From an uncultured Methanosarcinaceae archaeon (GTDB taxonomy: Archaea; Halobacteriota; Methanosarcinia; Methanosarcinales; Methanosarcinaceae): a stretch of 64,000 bases of DNA. How positions within the stretch are numbered: the first letter of the stretch is position 1; every line of letters starts with the position of its first letter. The translations under genes and the position numbers were made by a program. Location: positions 64,001 to 128,000 of the forward strand of contig CAVRJG010000054.1 in NCBI GenBank assembly GCA_963721455.1, in the 5' to 3' direction. The notes beneath the pieces are model-generated. The model saw only the letters and a program-made list of their open reading frames with translations. It was not told the DNA's origin and ran no database searches. Below, in pieces: positions 19,833-30,430 of this stretch.

Positions 19833-20771
19833 ATGGATAAAAGGTCAAAAATTTACTTAGCTGGCCACAGAGGCCTTGTGGGTTCAGCCCTTAAAAGAAA
19901 GCTTGAGTCAAAGGGCTACGACAATCTTATTTCCCGCACCCATAGAGAGCTTGACCTGACAAATCAGCAGGCGGTCAACGAATTTTTCGAAAAGGAAAAG
20001 CCAGAATATGTCTTTTTAGCCGCCGCAAAGGTTGGTGGGATTCTTGCCAATAACACGTACCCAGCCGAATTCATCTACGAAAATCTTATGATTGAAGCAA
20101 ATATTATTCATGCTTCGTATCGATACGGTGTAAAAAAATTACTTTTCCTGGGTTCTTCCTGCATTTACCCTAAACTCGCTCCCCAGCCTTTAAAAGAAAA
20201 ATATCTATTAACCGGCCCCCTCGAAGAAACAAATGAAGCCTATGCAGTTGCAAAGATTGCAGGGATCAGGCTCTGCAAACACTACAACCAGCAATATGGG
20301 ACTAACTTCGTCTCGGTAATGCCGACGAATCTTTACGGGCCGAATGATAATTTTGACCTTGAGACTTCGCATGTAATGCCTGCGCTGATCAGGAAATTTC
20401 ATGAAGCTAAGGTGAAGAATGAGCCTGAAGTTGTAATATGGGGTACCGGAAAACCATTTAGGGAGTTTCTTCATGTAGATGATATGGCTGATGCATGTGT
20501 TTATTTGATGGAAAACTTTAATACGGATGACATTGGAGAATTTGTTAATATCGGGGTAGGTAAAGATATTACGATAGGTGAATTAGCTGAATTGATTAAA
20601 GAGATTGTTGGGTTTGAAGGTGCAATCAGGAAAGATATTTCAAAACCTGACGGTACTCCACAGAAGCTACTTGATATTACAAAATTGAGCTCACTTGGGT
20701 GGGAAGCTAAAATCTTATTGAAAGAAGGGATTGAGCAAACTTATGAGTGGTATCAAAGTCAAATTAAATGA
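19833..20771 (+). CDS. fcl: GDP-L-fucose synthase
   Basis: [38 protein letters not shown]; start at ATG 19833. Confidence 0.95.
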   Translation: MDKRSKIYLAGHRGLVGSALKRKLESKGYDNLISRTHRELDLTNQQAVNEFFEKEKPEYVFLAAAKVGGILANNTYPAEFIYENLMIEANIIHASYRYGVKKLLFLGSSCIYPKLAPQPLKEKYLLTGPLEETNEAYAVAKIAGIRLCKHYNQQYGTNFVSVMPTNLYGPNDNFDLETSHVMPALIRKFHEAKVKNEPEVVIWGTGKPFREFLHVDDMADACVYLMENFNTDDIGEFVNIGVGKDITIGELAELIKEIVGFEGAIRKDISKPDGTPQKLLDITKLSSLGWEAKILLKEGIEQTYEWYQSQIK

Positions 20772-20836
20772 AGAGTTTGCGAAATATACTGGCTGGGTAA
20801 TGGAATTGAATGAAAGCCGTAGCTAAAAACAGGTAA

Positions 20837-21685
20837 ATGTGTTCTGATATGACTGAGCATGCAACTGATTACGAACTGGTGATCCGTCCTAAATACGGAC
20901 TTCTGGATCTTAACTGGCAGGAACTGAAAGAGTACAGGGAGCTTCTTTTTTTCCTTGCCCTTAGAGAAATCAAGATCAGGTATAAACAGACAATTATGGG
21001 AGCATCATGGGCATTATTGCAGCCTTTTTTTACTATGATAGTATTTACCCTGATCTTCGGCCGGCTTGCACAGATGCCTTCAGATGGAGTGCCCTACCCA
21101 ATATTTTCATACTCCGGTCTTCTCCTCTGGACTTATTTTTCGAATGCTCTTTCTCAATCAAGCAATAGCCTTGTTGATAATGCCCCTCTCCTCTCAAAGG
21201 TTTACATGCCCCGGATATTCATACCTACTGCACCATGCCTTTCAGGCCTTCTTGATTACGTGATTGCTATTAGTATCCTTGTAGTTATGATGGTTTACTA
21301 CCGGTTTGTGCCTGGAATTTCAATACTCCTGTTGCCGTTCATTGTACTTTTGACATTCATGCTTGCATCGGGGATTGGTTACTGGCTCTCATCCATCTGT
21401 GTGAAATACAGGGATGTGAAATACATTCTTCCTTTCTTCATTCAGCTGCTGATGTTTGTATCACCGGTTATATACCCTACAAATATTATGGGTGAGAACC
21501 TGAAGTGGTTGCTTTACCTGAACCCTCTGACAGGTTTAATAAGTGCTCACCGAGCATGCCTTCTCGGACACATTCCTGTGGATTTTGTCGGCCTTGGAAT
21601 TTCGGCAGTGCTGACGATAGTGATTTTTGTGAGTGGAATACTGTACCTAAAGCGTACAGAGAAGTACTTTGCGGATTTGATTTAA
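20837..21685 (+). CDS. wzm: polysaccharide ABC transporter permease (Wzm type)
   Basis: REIKIRYKQT..G..WALLQP, YRDV, SPVIYP, LNPL. Confidence 0.9.
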   Translation: MCSDMTEHATDYELVIRPKYGLLDLNWQELKEYRELLFFLALREIKIRYKQTIMGASWALLQPFFTMIVFTLIFGRLAQMPSDGVPYPIFSYSGLLLWTYFSNALSQSSNSLVDNAPLLSKVYMPRIFIPTAPCLSGLLDYVIAISILVVMMVYYRFVPGISILLLPFIVLLTFMLASGIGYWLSSICVKYRDVKYILPFFIQLLMFVSPVIYPTNIMGENLKWLLYLNPLTGLISAHRACLLGHIPVDFVGLGISAVLTIVIFVSGILYLKRTEKYFADLI

Positions 21686-22975
21686 ATGACGGCGTCAAAA
21701 AAAGAAGAACCGATAATCGAAGTAAAACATCTCTCAAAACAGTACAACATCGGTGTTGACACGACGTCCAAGACACTCTCTGAAAGCTTTACTTCTGCTG
21801 TGAAGCATCCTTTAAAGACGCTAAAGGACTGCCGCAGGCCGAATAATACATTCTGGGCCCTTAAAGATGTAAATTTCGAGGTTGAGCGCGGTGAGGTTCT
21901 TGGTATCATCGGCAGGAATGGTGCAGGCAAAAGTACACTTCTTAAAATCCTATCACGTATTACCTACCCAACAGAAGGCGAAGTCAGGATGCGTGGCCGA
22001 GTTGGTAGCCTTCTTGAAGTCGGCACCGGTTTTCACCAAGAGCTTTCCGGCCGGGAGAATATCTATTTTAACGGTTCTATTCTTGGAATGAAGAAGAGAG
22101 AGATTGATGAGAAATTTGACGAAATCGTGAAGTTTTCAGGTGTCGAAAAGTTTCTGGATATACCAGTTAAACGCTATTCAAGTGGGATGCAGGTCCGGCT
22201 TGCCTTTTCGGTTGCAGCGAATCTTGACCCTGAGATTCTTGTGGTGGACGAGGTGCTTGCTGTAGGGGATGCAGCGTTTCAGAAGAAATGCTTGGGGAAG
22301 ATGAGCGAGGTGGCTGAAGGGGGGCGGACGGTGCTGTTTGTCAGTCATAATATGGGGGCTGTGAGTCACCTGTGTCAAAAAGGAATAGTAATTGACAGTG
22401 GGAATGTCATATTTAATGGAACTTCCGAAAATGCAGTAGAACATTACAACCATTTGTTTATATCACAAAATAATAATAATAATACGGATCAATTGCCTCA
22501 CATAATTTATCATGATCGAACTTCTTTAGATAATACAGATATCGCAATTACTTCAATCGAAATGTATGATCTGGATGGAAAACCAAAATCAATTGTATCA
22601 ACATTCGATAATGTAATCTTTAAAATAAGATTCTATTCAAATGAATATATTCCAAAGGGATCTGTAGAGTTTCATTTGAATTTAGCTGATGGCTCTCCTC
22701 TACTAATATTATCCACACAACCTGATGGCACACTATCAATAGACATTATAAAAGGTGAAAATACGGTAGAATGTATTATATACAAACTTCCTTTGGCTGC
22801 AGGTGATTATATCGTTGGGGCAGGTTTAGCAATTCCAAATATAAAGTGGCTATGGCTGAATGAACAAATATGCAAACTTACAGTAGTGGAAAAAGATATT
22901 TATAATTCAGGCAAAGCTCCTAAATTGTCAAGATGCTTACTGGCTGTTGAGAATGAATGGAGAATGAACCCATGA
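21686..22975 (+). CDS. wzt: polysaccharide ABC transporter ATPase with C-terminal carbohydrate-binding domain (Wzt type)
   Basis: GRNGAGKST, YSSGM..RLAFSVA, VDEVLAVGD plus a roughly 170-aa C-terminal extension. Confidence 0.9.
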   Translation: MTASKKEEPIIEVKHLSKQYNIGVDTTSKTLSESFTSAVKHPLKTLKDCRRPNNTFWALKDVNFEVERGEVLGIIGRNGAGKSTLLKILSRITYPTEGEVRMRGRVGSLLEVGTGFHQELSGRENIYFNGSILGMKKREIDEKFDEIVKFSGVEKFLDIPVKRYSSGMQVRLAFSVAANLDPEILVVDEVLAVGDAAFQKKCLGKMSEVAEGGRTVLFVSHNMGAVSHLCQKGIVIDSGNVIFNGTSENAVEHYNHLFISQNNNNNTDQLPHIIYHDRTSLDNTDIAITSIEMYDLDGKPKSIVSTFDNVIFKIRFYSNEYIPKGSVEFHLNLADGSPLLILSTQPDGTLSIDIIKGENTVECIIYKLPLAAGDYIVGAGLAIPNIKWLWLNEQICKLTVVEKDIYNSGKAPKLSRCLLAVENEWRMNP

Positions 22976-23199
22976 GCAAATCCATGTGTCTCTAAATTCA
23001 ATCGATTATTAAACATTAATTTCCAATTATTCTTCCCAACTTTAAAGCATATAATAATGACAACATAAAACACTGTCCATTGCCCACGGTTGCCACAGAA
23101 ATTGGCGGCTTCAGAGCGGATCAAAAAATGGATCACAGAACTTTCAACTACCAGGTAATGCTGAAAAATGGCAGTGTAGAATTTCTGAGGATAAAACTT

Positions 23200-24219
23200 A
23201 TGAAAACAATGCTTGTAATTCCAGATTATAAATTTGGAGCATATGGTTGGGAGAAAGAGAGATCTTACTTTAACAATTTTTCATATCGCGCTGAAGCTAA
23301 AGGGTGGAAACTGGTACAAATAAGAGATCATTTTTCTATCGATGAAATTGATTGTGTTTTTGCTTCGAATTATGCAAAATATATAGATAAAGTTCATAAT
23401 TATAACATATATGATAAAATTATTAAAAATGATAAAATCAAAAAAATCTCAGCAATTTTTGAAGCGCCGTCAAGAAGACCTGATTTATGGGACTACACAA
23501 AATGGTTTGATTTTTGTATAAGCTTTAATAAAAAGCCAGAAAAACACTGCCAATGTGAGCATATTGAAAGCCCGTATCCCTACAATTTCTCTGAAAATAA
23601 ATGTGATTACCTCGAATGGAACTCAAGAGATACTCTGGTATGGGTCTCTTCGAATAATTGGTTTAGAGGATCTGATTCTTTAAGTCAACGCCGGCTTCAG
23701 GATTTCAATTATTATTCTAAAAGATTGAGTGGCAAAATTGCTCTATATGGTAAAGGGTGGGATATAAAGAGCCCTTCGCTATACGGTCCTTTTCCTGTAA
23801 TTGGGATATTCCATAATAGAAAAAATAAAAAATACTATAATAACATAAGTCAGTACTGGTTAGGCCAGGTTGAGAATAAATCGGAGACAATATCGAATTA
23901 CAAATTTTGTTTTTCATATGAGAACACAGATGACTATCCGGGTTATGTCACTGAAAAAGTATTTGATGCTTGGATAGCTGGATGTATACCTGTTTATTGG
24001 GGTGACAGCGAGTTTGAAAAATTATATCAAGATTTACTAATATGTCCAAGGAAAATCGGGATAGAGAACTCAGTAGAAATAATGCGTGAATTGGATCAGG
24101 AAAAAGCATATTGTGTATATTCCAAGTTTAAATCAAAACTAGAAGATGGGGAATTCACCCGATATTCTCATGAATATTTCCAAGATAAAGTACTGGATAC
24201 AGCCGAGTCATTGGTTTAA
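23200..24219 (+). CDS. GT10-like (alpha-1,3-fucosyltransferase motif) glycosyltransferase
   Basis: YKFCFSYENTDDYPGYVTEKVFDAWIAGCIPVYWG matches the GT10 FucT motif; ATG at 23200 after GAGGA. Confidence 0.8.
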   Translation: MKTMLVIPDYKFGAYGWEKERSYFNNFSYRAEAKGWKLVQIRDHFSIDEIDCVFASNYAKYIDKVHNYNIYDKIIKNDKIKKISAIFEAPSRRPDLWDYTKWFDFCISFNKKPEKHCQCEHIESPYPYNFSENKCDYLEWNSRDTLVWVSSNNWFRGSDSLSQRRLQDFNYYSKRLSGKIALYGKGWDIKSPSLYGPFPVIGIFHNRKNKKYYNNISQYWLGQVENKSETISNYKFCFSYENTDDYPGYVTEKVFDAWIAGCIPVYWGDSEFEKLYQDLLICPRKIGIENSVEIMRELDQEKAYCVYSKFKSKLEDGEFTRYSHEYFQDKVLDTAESLV

Positions 24220-24261
24220 GCATTGTAAAATTAACGAATTAACAAAAATGTGGGAACTAGC

Positions 24262-25266
24262 ATGTCAAAAACTACTATCATTTGTCTCACACCAGTAAAA
24301 AATGAGGCATGGATTCTGGATCGCTTTCTCAAATGTGCAAGTTTGTGGGCTGACCACATTATTATTGCAGACCAATTTTCTGATGATGGCTCGAGAGAAA
24401 TAGCACAAAAATACTCCAAAGTAATTCTAATTAATAACCCAATGACAACTTATAATGAGTATGAAATGAGAGGTCTTCTATTCGATGAAGCAAGGAAGAT
24501 ACCCGGTCCACGTCTCTTGATTGCACTGGACGCAGATGAAATGCTCACGGCTAATTTTCTGGAAAGTCCAGAATGGCAAAAGATATTAAATGTGAAACCT
24601 GGAACAGTTATTGGGTTTAGATTGGTAAATATCAAACCGGATTTAACTTCTTATTGGTCACCAAATCCGATGTTTCTTTTTGGTTTTATGGACGATGGAA
24701 GCGAGTATCAAGGATCTAAAATTCATACTTTTAGGATTCCAATTCCAGATACCTCCTCGAGAATTATGCTTAATAAAATCAAGGTATTACATTATCAATT
24801 CACTGATTGGGATCGTATGGAAAGTAAACATCGATGGTATCAGTGCTGGGAACGGCTTAATAACCCTAAAAGACGACCAATAGATATTTATCGGCAATAT
24901 CATCACATGTATGCTATTGCTTTAAATGACATCCAAAAATTACAGCCGGAATGGTTCTTAGGTTATAAACAGCAAGGTATTGATATGTTCAGTGTTAATC
25001 GCCAGGAGTTTTATCGATGGGATAAAGAAGTTTTAGTTTACTTTAATGAGTATGGTACTGCGAAATTTAGACGAGAGGCAATCTGGGATGTTAATTGGCT
25101 TGAAATTGCCACGAAAGTAAATCCAGATTCTTCGAAGATTGGCATATATGATCCACGCAATAGTATCGAAAAACATATTCATAGTTGGTTAAAAAAAACA
25201 CAGCCACATGCTTCTAACTTAGATATAAAATTAATTCAGTTATTTTTAAGAATTTATGGATGGTAA
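24262..25266 (+). CDS. GT2-fold glycosyltransferase
   Basis: LTPVKNEA.IL..FL, DQFSDDGS, LDADE. Confidence 0.8.
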   Translation: MSKTTIICLTPVKNEAWILDRFLKCASLWADHIIIADQFSDDGSREIAQKYSKVILINNPMTTYNEYEMRGLLFDEARKIPGPRLLIALDADEMLTANFLESPEWQKILNVKPGTVIGFRLVNIKPDLTSYWSPNPMFLFGFMDDGSEYQGSKIHTFRIPIPDTSSRIMLNKIKVLHYQFTDWDRMESKHRWYQCWERLNNPKRRPIDIYRQYHHMYAIALNDIQKLQPEWFLGYKQQGIDMFSVNRQEFYRWDKEVLVYFNEYGTAKFRREAIWDVNWLEIATKVNPDSSKIGIYDPRNSIEKHIHSWLKKTQPHASNLDIKLIQLFLRIYGW

Positions 25267-25474
25267 ATATACATTTGCTCACACTTAATCCTTCATGACA
25301 ACTTTGTTTCAACTTTCATCTGCAAACTACTCTCTGTTGGCATCATCTTCTGGATCAAATACATGAACAGCTGCTTAGGGGAGCATTATGAATGTATCTG
25401 GGAATTATGAGTCGCAATTGGAGATGTGTAAAAGCAGGAAATATATGCGGAAAATTTCATCTTAAGGTAAGATT

Positions 25475-26221
25475 ATGGGTCCGAAAGTTTCAGTAATAAC
25501 AGTTTGCTATAATGCTGAAGAATTTATTGAAAACGCAATTAATAGTGTTTTGAATCAAATATATAAAAATATTGAATATATTATAATCGATGGCGCCTCA
25601 ACGGATAATACAGTACTAATAATAAATAAATACAAGTCCAAGATAGCATTATTCTTAAGTGAACCGGATAACGGCATGTATGAAGCAATGAATAAAGGAA
25701 TAACAGCTGCTACCGGCGACATATTATATTTTTTAAATTCAGACGACACTTTTTATGATGAATATGTTATAGAAAATATTGTTAAAGTATTTCAGAAAAC
25801 TGGCGACGTTGATCTTATATACGGCCCTATAATTATTAAAAATTCTCTCACAAATGAGTCATTTATGAAACCGCATGATCATGTTACGAAATCTTTCTTT
25901 ATTTATGATGCAATCTGTCAGCAAGGCATATTTTACAAGGCCGATGTTTTTAAAAAATGTGGTCAATTCGACACAACTTATAGAATTGTAGGTGATTATG
26001 AATGGGTCTTGAGAGCATTTTATAAATATAACATTCAAAGGCAATATTATGAGAATATAATAGCAATATTTAGAAATGGAGGAATGTCCAGTTCAGATGA
26101 ATTTTATAGCCTTCACAATAAAGAACGACAAAAAGTTATGAAAGATTATTTTAACAAATTTACAATATTTAAATCTAATTTTATATTCTTCTCTGAAAGG
26201 GTGCTTAAGAAATTCGAGTGA
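25475..26221 (+). CDS. GT2 glycosyltransferase (WcaE-like)
   Basis: VSVITVCYN, IIDGASTD, SEPDNGMYEAMNKG, FLNSDD. Confidence 0.9.
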   Translation: MGPKVSVITVCYNAEEFIENAINSVLNQIYKNIEYIIIDGASTDNTVLIINKYKSKIALFLSEPDNGMYEAMNKGITAATGDILYFLNSDDTFYDEYVIENIVKVFQKTGDVDLIYGPIIIKNSLTNESFMKPHDHVTKSFFIYDAICQQGIFYKADVFKKCGQFDTTYRIVGDYEWVLRAFYKYNIQRQYYENIIAIFRNGGMSSSDEFYSLHNKERQKVMKDYFNKFTIFKSNFIFFSERVLKKFE

Positions 26222-26230
26222 TTATTTTAA

Positions 26231-26354
26231 AAGCTCATCTCAAAATTACTTCTCTAAATCACATACTCTGGATAATTAATCAAGTTTCTTATCTAATGAA
26301 AATTAGTTCTGAGACTCTTACTAATTGAGAATGAAATAGTTTTGGGATGAATTC
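26231..26354. mobile_element. degenerate MITE related to 32523-32653
   Basis: AAGCTCATCTCAAAA ... TTTTGGGATGAATTC; similar ends and length. Confidence 0.5.
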
Positions 26355-26554
26355 ATATAATAATGGAACCGTAATCAAAAAAGAAGGTTAAAGGATATAA
26401 AGCAAATTTTACAGAAAATTGGACGTACTGCCCTTAGTCACTAATAATACCTTAATTTGACAGTATTCACTAATTGATATTGAAAATCTGTTCTATTTTT
26501 AGCTCAAATTAGTTTGACAGGAGGTTATGAATCCATCGAATTTTATAATAAATT

Positions 26555-28110
26555 CTAGGGAATAGTGCCCATTTTTGCTACTATTAAGCTATTGATTTTA
26601 TCAAAATTCGCAAAAATATGATTTTTGACCCCGTTTTTCACGAACTTTATTGTAAGTGTCAAATTCTTTAAGCTTTTTTGATGAATTTTGTGGACTTATG
26701 TTTGATTTCCTCAAATTCATATCGCATCAGCGATATGAACAACTGAGCAATAAATCCTAAGAGAACAGCTCCATAAATGCTATTATCTGACCAAACCCTT
26801 AACGGCTTAATCTGTAATTCGTTTTTCAATGAGTTGAATATTTTCTCGATAGAGTCCTTCTCTCGATATATTTCTAATGCCTTCTCAAGTGTCAAATTCT
26901 TGTTTGATTTAAGGCAGAAAAATCCTTCTCTTCCATTAATTATCGAGTTTTTCAGAAGTTCTATTGCTTCATCATCACTAAGCTCTTCGAGCTTAGTTGT
27001 AAAAGAGTAGTCAATCTCAATCAACTCATTGTTGATTCTGAATTTCTTGGGAAGCTTTTTGTTTTTAACAATTATTTCTTGTATCTCTTTTGCTTCCTGT
27101 AACTTCTTAAGAACAGTTCTTGCCTTTGCTTCCAACTGTTTCTCTTGTAGTGATTCTGAGAAATAAAAATACTTAATGCTATTTGGCTTGACTATCTTAA
27201 TCCCATAAATACTTTTTTCAGAATCTATTAGCTCTGCTTTATCTTTATCAAAATTCTCAATGATTTTATCGTCGCTTGCGTTCAGTTTCATGGAAGTAAG
27301 ATATGTCATCTTATCTTCCTGTATTAGCTTAATGTTGTCAACTGTATTTGCACCTTTATCAAAGACAATAAGAGATCCTTTTTTGAGATTTCTCTTTACC
27401 TGGTTATAAGTCTCAGGAAAATGTTGCAGATCAAGAACGTTTCCTCTATTAACTGTAATTCCAATAGGGATGTTAATTGGTTTTCTGAGTTCACTGACTC
27501 CAACTGTTATCTGCAACTTATCAGGTCTATGATCCCTGCTATATCCGTACTTACCAAGCTTGGATTTAGTTCCGTGAAGAACTATACTAGTCCAGTCAAG
27601 GTTTATATCAGTCTCTCCAAAACCATAAACAGAAAACAGATTATCTAAGATCTCCGAGAGAATTATCTCCTTATTACGTCCGAGGATCTCAAGAGTCCTG
27701 TAAAGAACTTTTTCATGAAAACTCTTGAGGTTCAAAATCTCGAGAATTTCTTTCTGATTTAACCATTTACTAGCTTCCTTGATGCTAAAATTCTCGGTGA
27801 GCTTATAGCTCACCAAGCCAATTAATAAACTATTGAGATCTAAACCCTTTAGGACTTACGTACTTGAGATGAAAAATCAAGTACAATAGACGTTACAGAT
27901 AAATGCATAATTTAGACGGTTGATGGTTCAATGCCATTGATTTCTCAGTTCAACCGCGTAAGTCCTACCCTTACTTTTATGCTTGCTAAAAACATCAGAA
28001 AAATTAAGTTTTTCATAAAAGTATTGAACAGCAAGCATCGATCCGATAGAAACACATTTATTCTTGTTAGGAATAATTGGGAATGCTCTTATTTTTGTTT
28101 TTATATTCAT
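26555..28110 (-). pseudogene. IS1634 transposase interrupted by a 118-bp MITE; C-terminal tail in the -1 frame
   Basis: N-terminus (28110) rejoins the 27816 ORF once 27850-27972 is removed (HKSKG-LDLNSLL); GYSRDHRPDKLQ, VFDKG, YREKDSIEKIF motifs; A6 run at KFIKK. Confidence 0.85.
27850..27967. mobile_element. 118-bp MITE nested in the IS1634 transposase
   Basis: Perfect 11-bp TIR TAGGACTTACG / CGTAAGTCCTA; 5-bp TSD CCCTT on both sides. Confidence 0.9.
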
Positions 28111-28262
28111 TGGACCGAATAAAACAAAAATAAGAGCACTTATTTTTATTTATCTGTCAAACTCAGGATAATACGCACAATATTTTTAAACTGTTTGGGT
28201 ATCTTGCTAGAGTTTTCACAAAGCTTAGAATTGACAAACTAACTGAATCCCACTTTCCGCAG

Positions 28263-29011
28263 GTGCGACAAGAAGCTATACTATGAATTGCACCATTCGC
28301 TACCTCTTCCATTTGAGGTAATCCTACTGTGACATGCATAAATGGTAACATTTGTGTGTGAAGCTCACAGGACACTATCGAGAAATCAAGGAACCTGACT
28401 TTGGTAATCGGTTAGGATACGAATACTATGAAGAACATAAAGTGAACCATCGTAAGAATCGTGAAGTGGAATAAGCGAAAGCAGGCTGATACGCTTAACC
28501 AAAAGGTACAGAATCAGGCTGTAATGGGTCTGCGGACATTATGGCAAATGGACAAATGATTCTCGGTTTATAGATGGCTTCTAAGGTATTCACATTATTC
28601 GTAGTATGGAACTTGGTAAGCCCTAAATGCTCCCATTATGGGTAGGACTCCCGCGAGGGATAACGATGGCATTGAGGGTAGAGGATTCAGTAAAAAGCGA
28701 ATGCCAATCTGTAATGGATTGGATAGAGGTTCAAACTTTGCCTCAATCCGAAAGGATGCAGACTTACTGATGGTGTTTTCTTGTGTGAATGGAAACAAAC
28801 CTACAAATGTAAGATACTCAACGACACCAATAGGTGAGAGGCTTACAGACAATTATGTTAGTGGGCTGTTATCCGGAACACAAAATCAGTTATGCAAATA
28901 ACTGGTGCCTGATACAGAAAGGGTTTGAAAACACTCGAGCCGTATGAAGGGAAACTTTCAAGTACGGTTCCTAGGGGAGAAAGGAGGAGTAATCCTCCCT
29001 ACTTACCCGAC
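28263..29011 (+). ncRNA. ORF-less group II intron (749 nt)
   Basis: 5' GTGCG; domain V GAGCCGTATGAAGGGAAACTTTCAAGTACGGTTC; domain VI hairpin ending ACCCGAC; EBS1 CTGCGGA (28530-28536) and EBS2 AAGTGG (28464-28469) are complementary to the 5' exon. Confidence 0.92.
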
Positions 29012-29480
29012 TAAAGTTTCGTATATACATAATTATTCTTGCTATCAATTTCCGATTTAACATGAATTTATTGGGCTTCTATGAAGGAGTTAAGAATAGC
29101 TACATGTGTATTTAGAGACCAAAAACGGTAGTATTCAATTTCCACCAATTTTCATTTAGATTCTCTATCGTTTGAAAGACTTTATGAGTGCACAACAGTT
29201 ACTTGAAAAAATTAATTTATAGTAAGAAGTTAAGTAATATCCAATTCAAATTGTATGGTTGAAAGTAAATTTCTCATATGTGACGAATAGTTGATAATTT
29301 GAATACATTTTAAAAACATACTCTGGAGATCTATTTAACTTTAGAACTGTGCAATAATGATATCATTCAATTCATTGGTTAAAGAATTCTCCCTTGAATT
29401 TGAAAGGGATACGTAAATTAGTTGACACACGAACTCCAGATTATATAAGGCTGAGAATAAGGCATGAGGTTACAATAGTT

Positions 29481-30383
29481 ATGCATGATCAAAATCCAAA
29501 AGTAAGCGTAGTAATTCCAACTTATAATAGAGGTAATTTAATATCCCGAGCTATTCAGAGTGTTCTGGATCAAACTTACCAGGATTTTGAGATCATTATT
29601 GTTGATGACGGTTCGACAGATAATACTGAGGAAATCTTAAAAAATTTTGAGATCCCAAAAATAAAGTATATCCGACACGATGGAAACAAAGGAGCTTCAG
29701 CAGCAAGAAACACAGGGATTAAAGCATCTAAAGGAGAATATATAGCATTCCAAGACAGTGACGATGAGTGGTTTCCAGACAAGTTAGAACAACAAGTGAA
29801 AGTTTTCAATAATGCTCCCTCTAAAGTTGGAGTTGTTTATTCTGGGTTTTACCGAATAGAAGCTGATAAAAAGATATACATTCCAGATGATCATATAGCT
29901 CAAAAAGAGGGAAATATACATAATCAACTTCTCAAAGGAAATTTTATCGGAACACCAGCAGTTCTCATCAAGAAAGAGTGTTTCGAAAATGTGAAATATT
30001 TTGATGAAGAAATTCCTGCTTTAGAAGATTGGGATTTATGGATTGGAATTTCAAAATATTATTGTTTTAAATATATAAATAAGCCCTTACTACATTCCTA
30101 TTATACGCCTAACAGCGTTAATCTCAACAAAAAAAGTCTGATTAAGGCAATTGAGACTATCATTGCAAACAATTTAAATGATTATACTAAAAATAATAAA
30201 ATTCTATCAGAATATTATTTGGGCATTGGTGTAGATCTATGTTCAAATAACGATTTCAAAAACGGAAGAAACTATCTAGTAAAATCTGTAGAAGCAAACC
30301 ATTTAAACATCAAAGCAATTTTACGCCTTTCGGTTTTACTTTTTGGCCAAAAGACCTATCTTAAGCTCAGTAATTATATATAA
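29481..30383 (+). CDS. GT2 glycosyltransferase
   Basis: VSVVIPTYNR, VDDGSTD, GASAARNTG, AFQDSDD, EDWD. Confidence 0.92.
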   Translation: MHDQNPKVSVVIPTYNRGNLISRAIQSVLDQTYQDFEIIIVDDGSTDNTEEILKNFEIPKIKYIRHDGNKGASAARNTGIKASKGEYIAFQDSDDEWFPDKLEQQVKVFNNAPSKVGVVYSGFYRIEADKKIYIPDDHIAQKEGNIHNQLLKGNFIGTPAVLIKKECFENVKYFDEEIPALEDWDLWIGISKYYCFKYINKPLLHSYYTPNSVNLNKKSLIKAIETIIANNLNDYTKNNKILSEYYLGIGVDLCSNNDFKNGRNYLVKSVEANHLNIKAILRLSVLLFGQKTYLKLSNYI

Positions 30384-30430
30384 ATAGTACGTGAAACCTG
30401 ATTATTCAATTTAATGGAGACTCCAAACTT

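Larger units (their letters stand above)
26450..28167 (-). mobile_element. IS1634 family element
   Basis: Imperfect TIRs CCTTAATTTGACAG / CTGTCAAACTCAGG; 6-bp TSD ATAATA at 26444-26449 and 28168-28173. Confidence 0.88.

Noticed and set aside
28638-28901. 87-aa ORF inside the group II intron as a maturase
   Set aside because: No RT motifs (no YADD); at most a vestige of a deleted intron-encoded protein.
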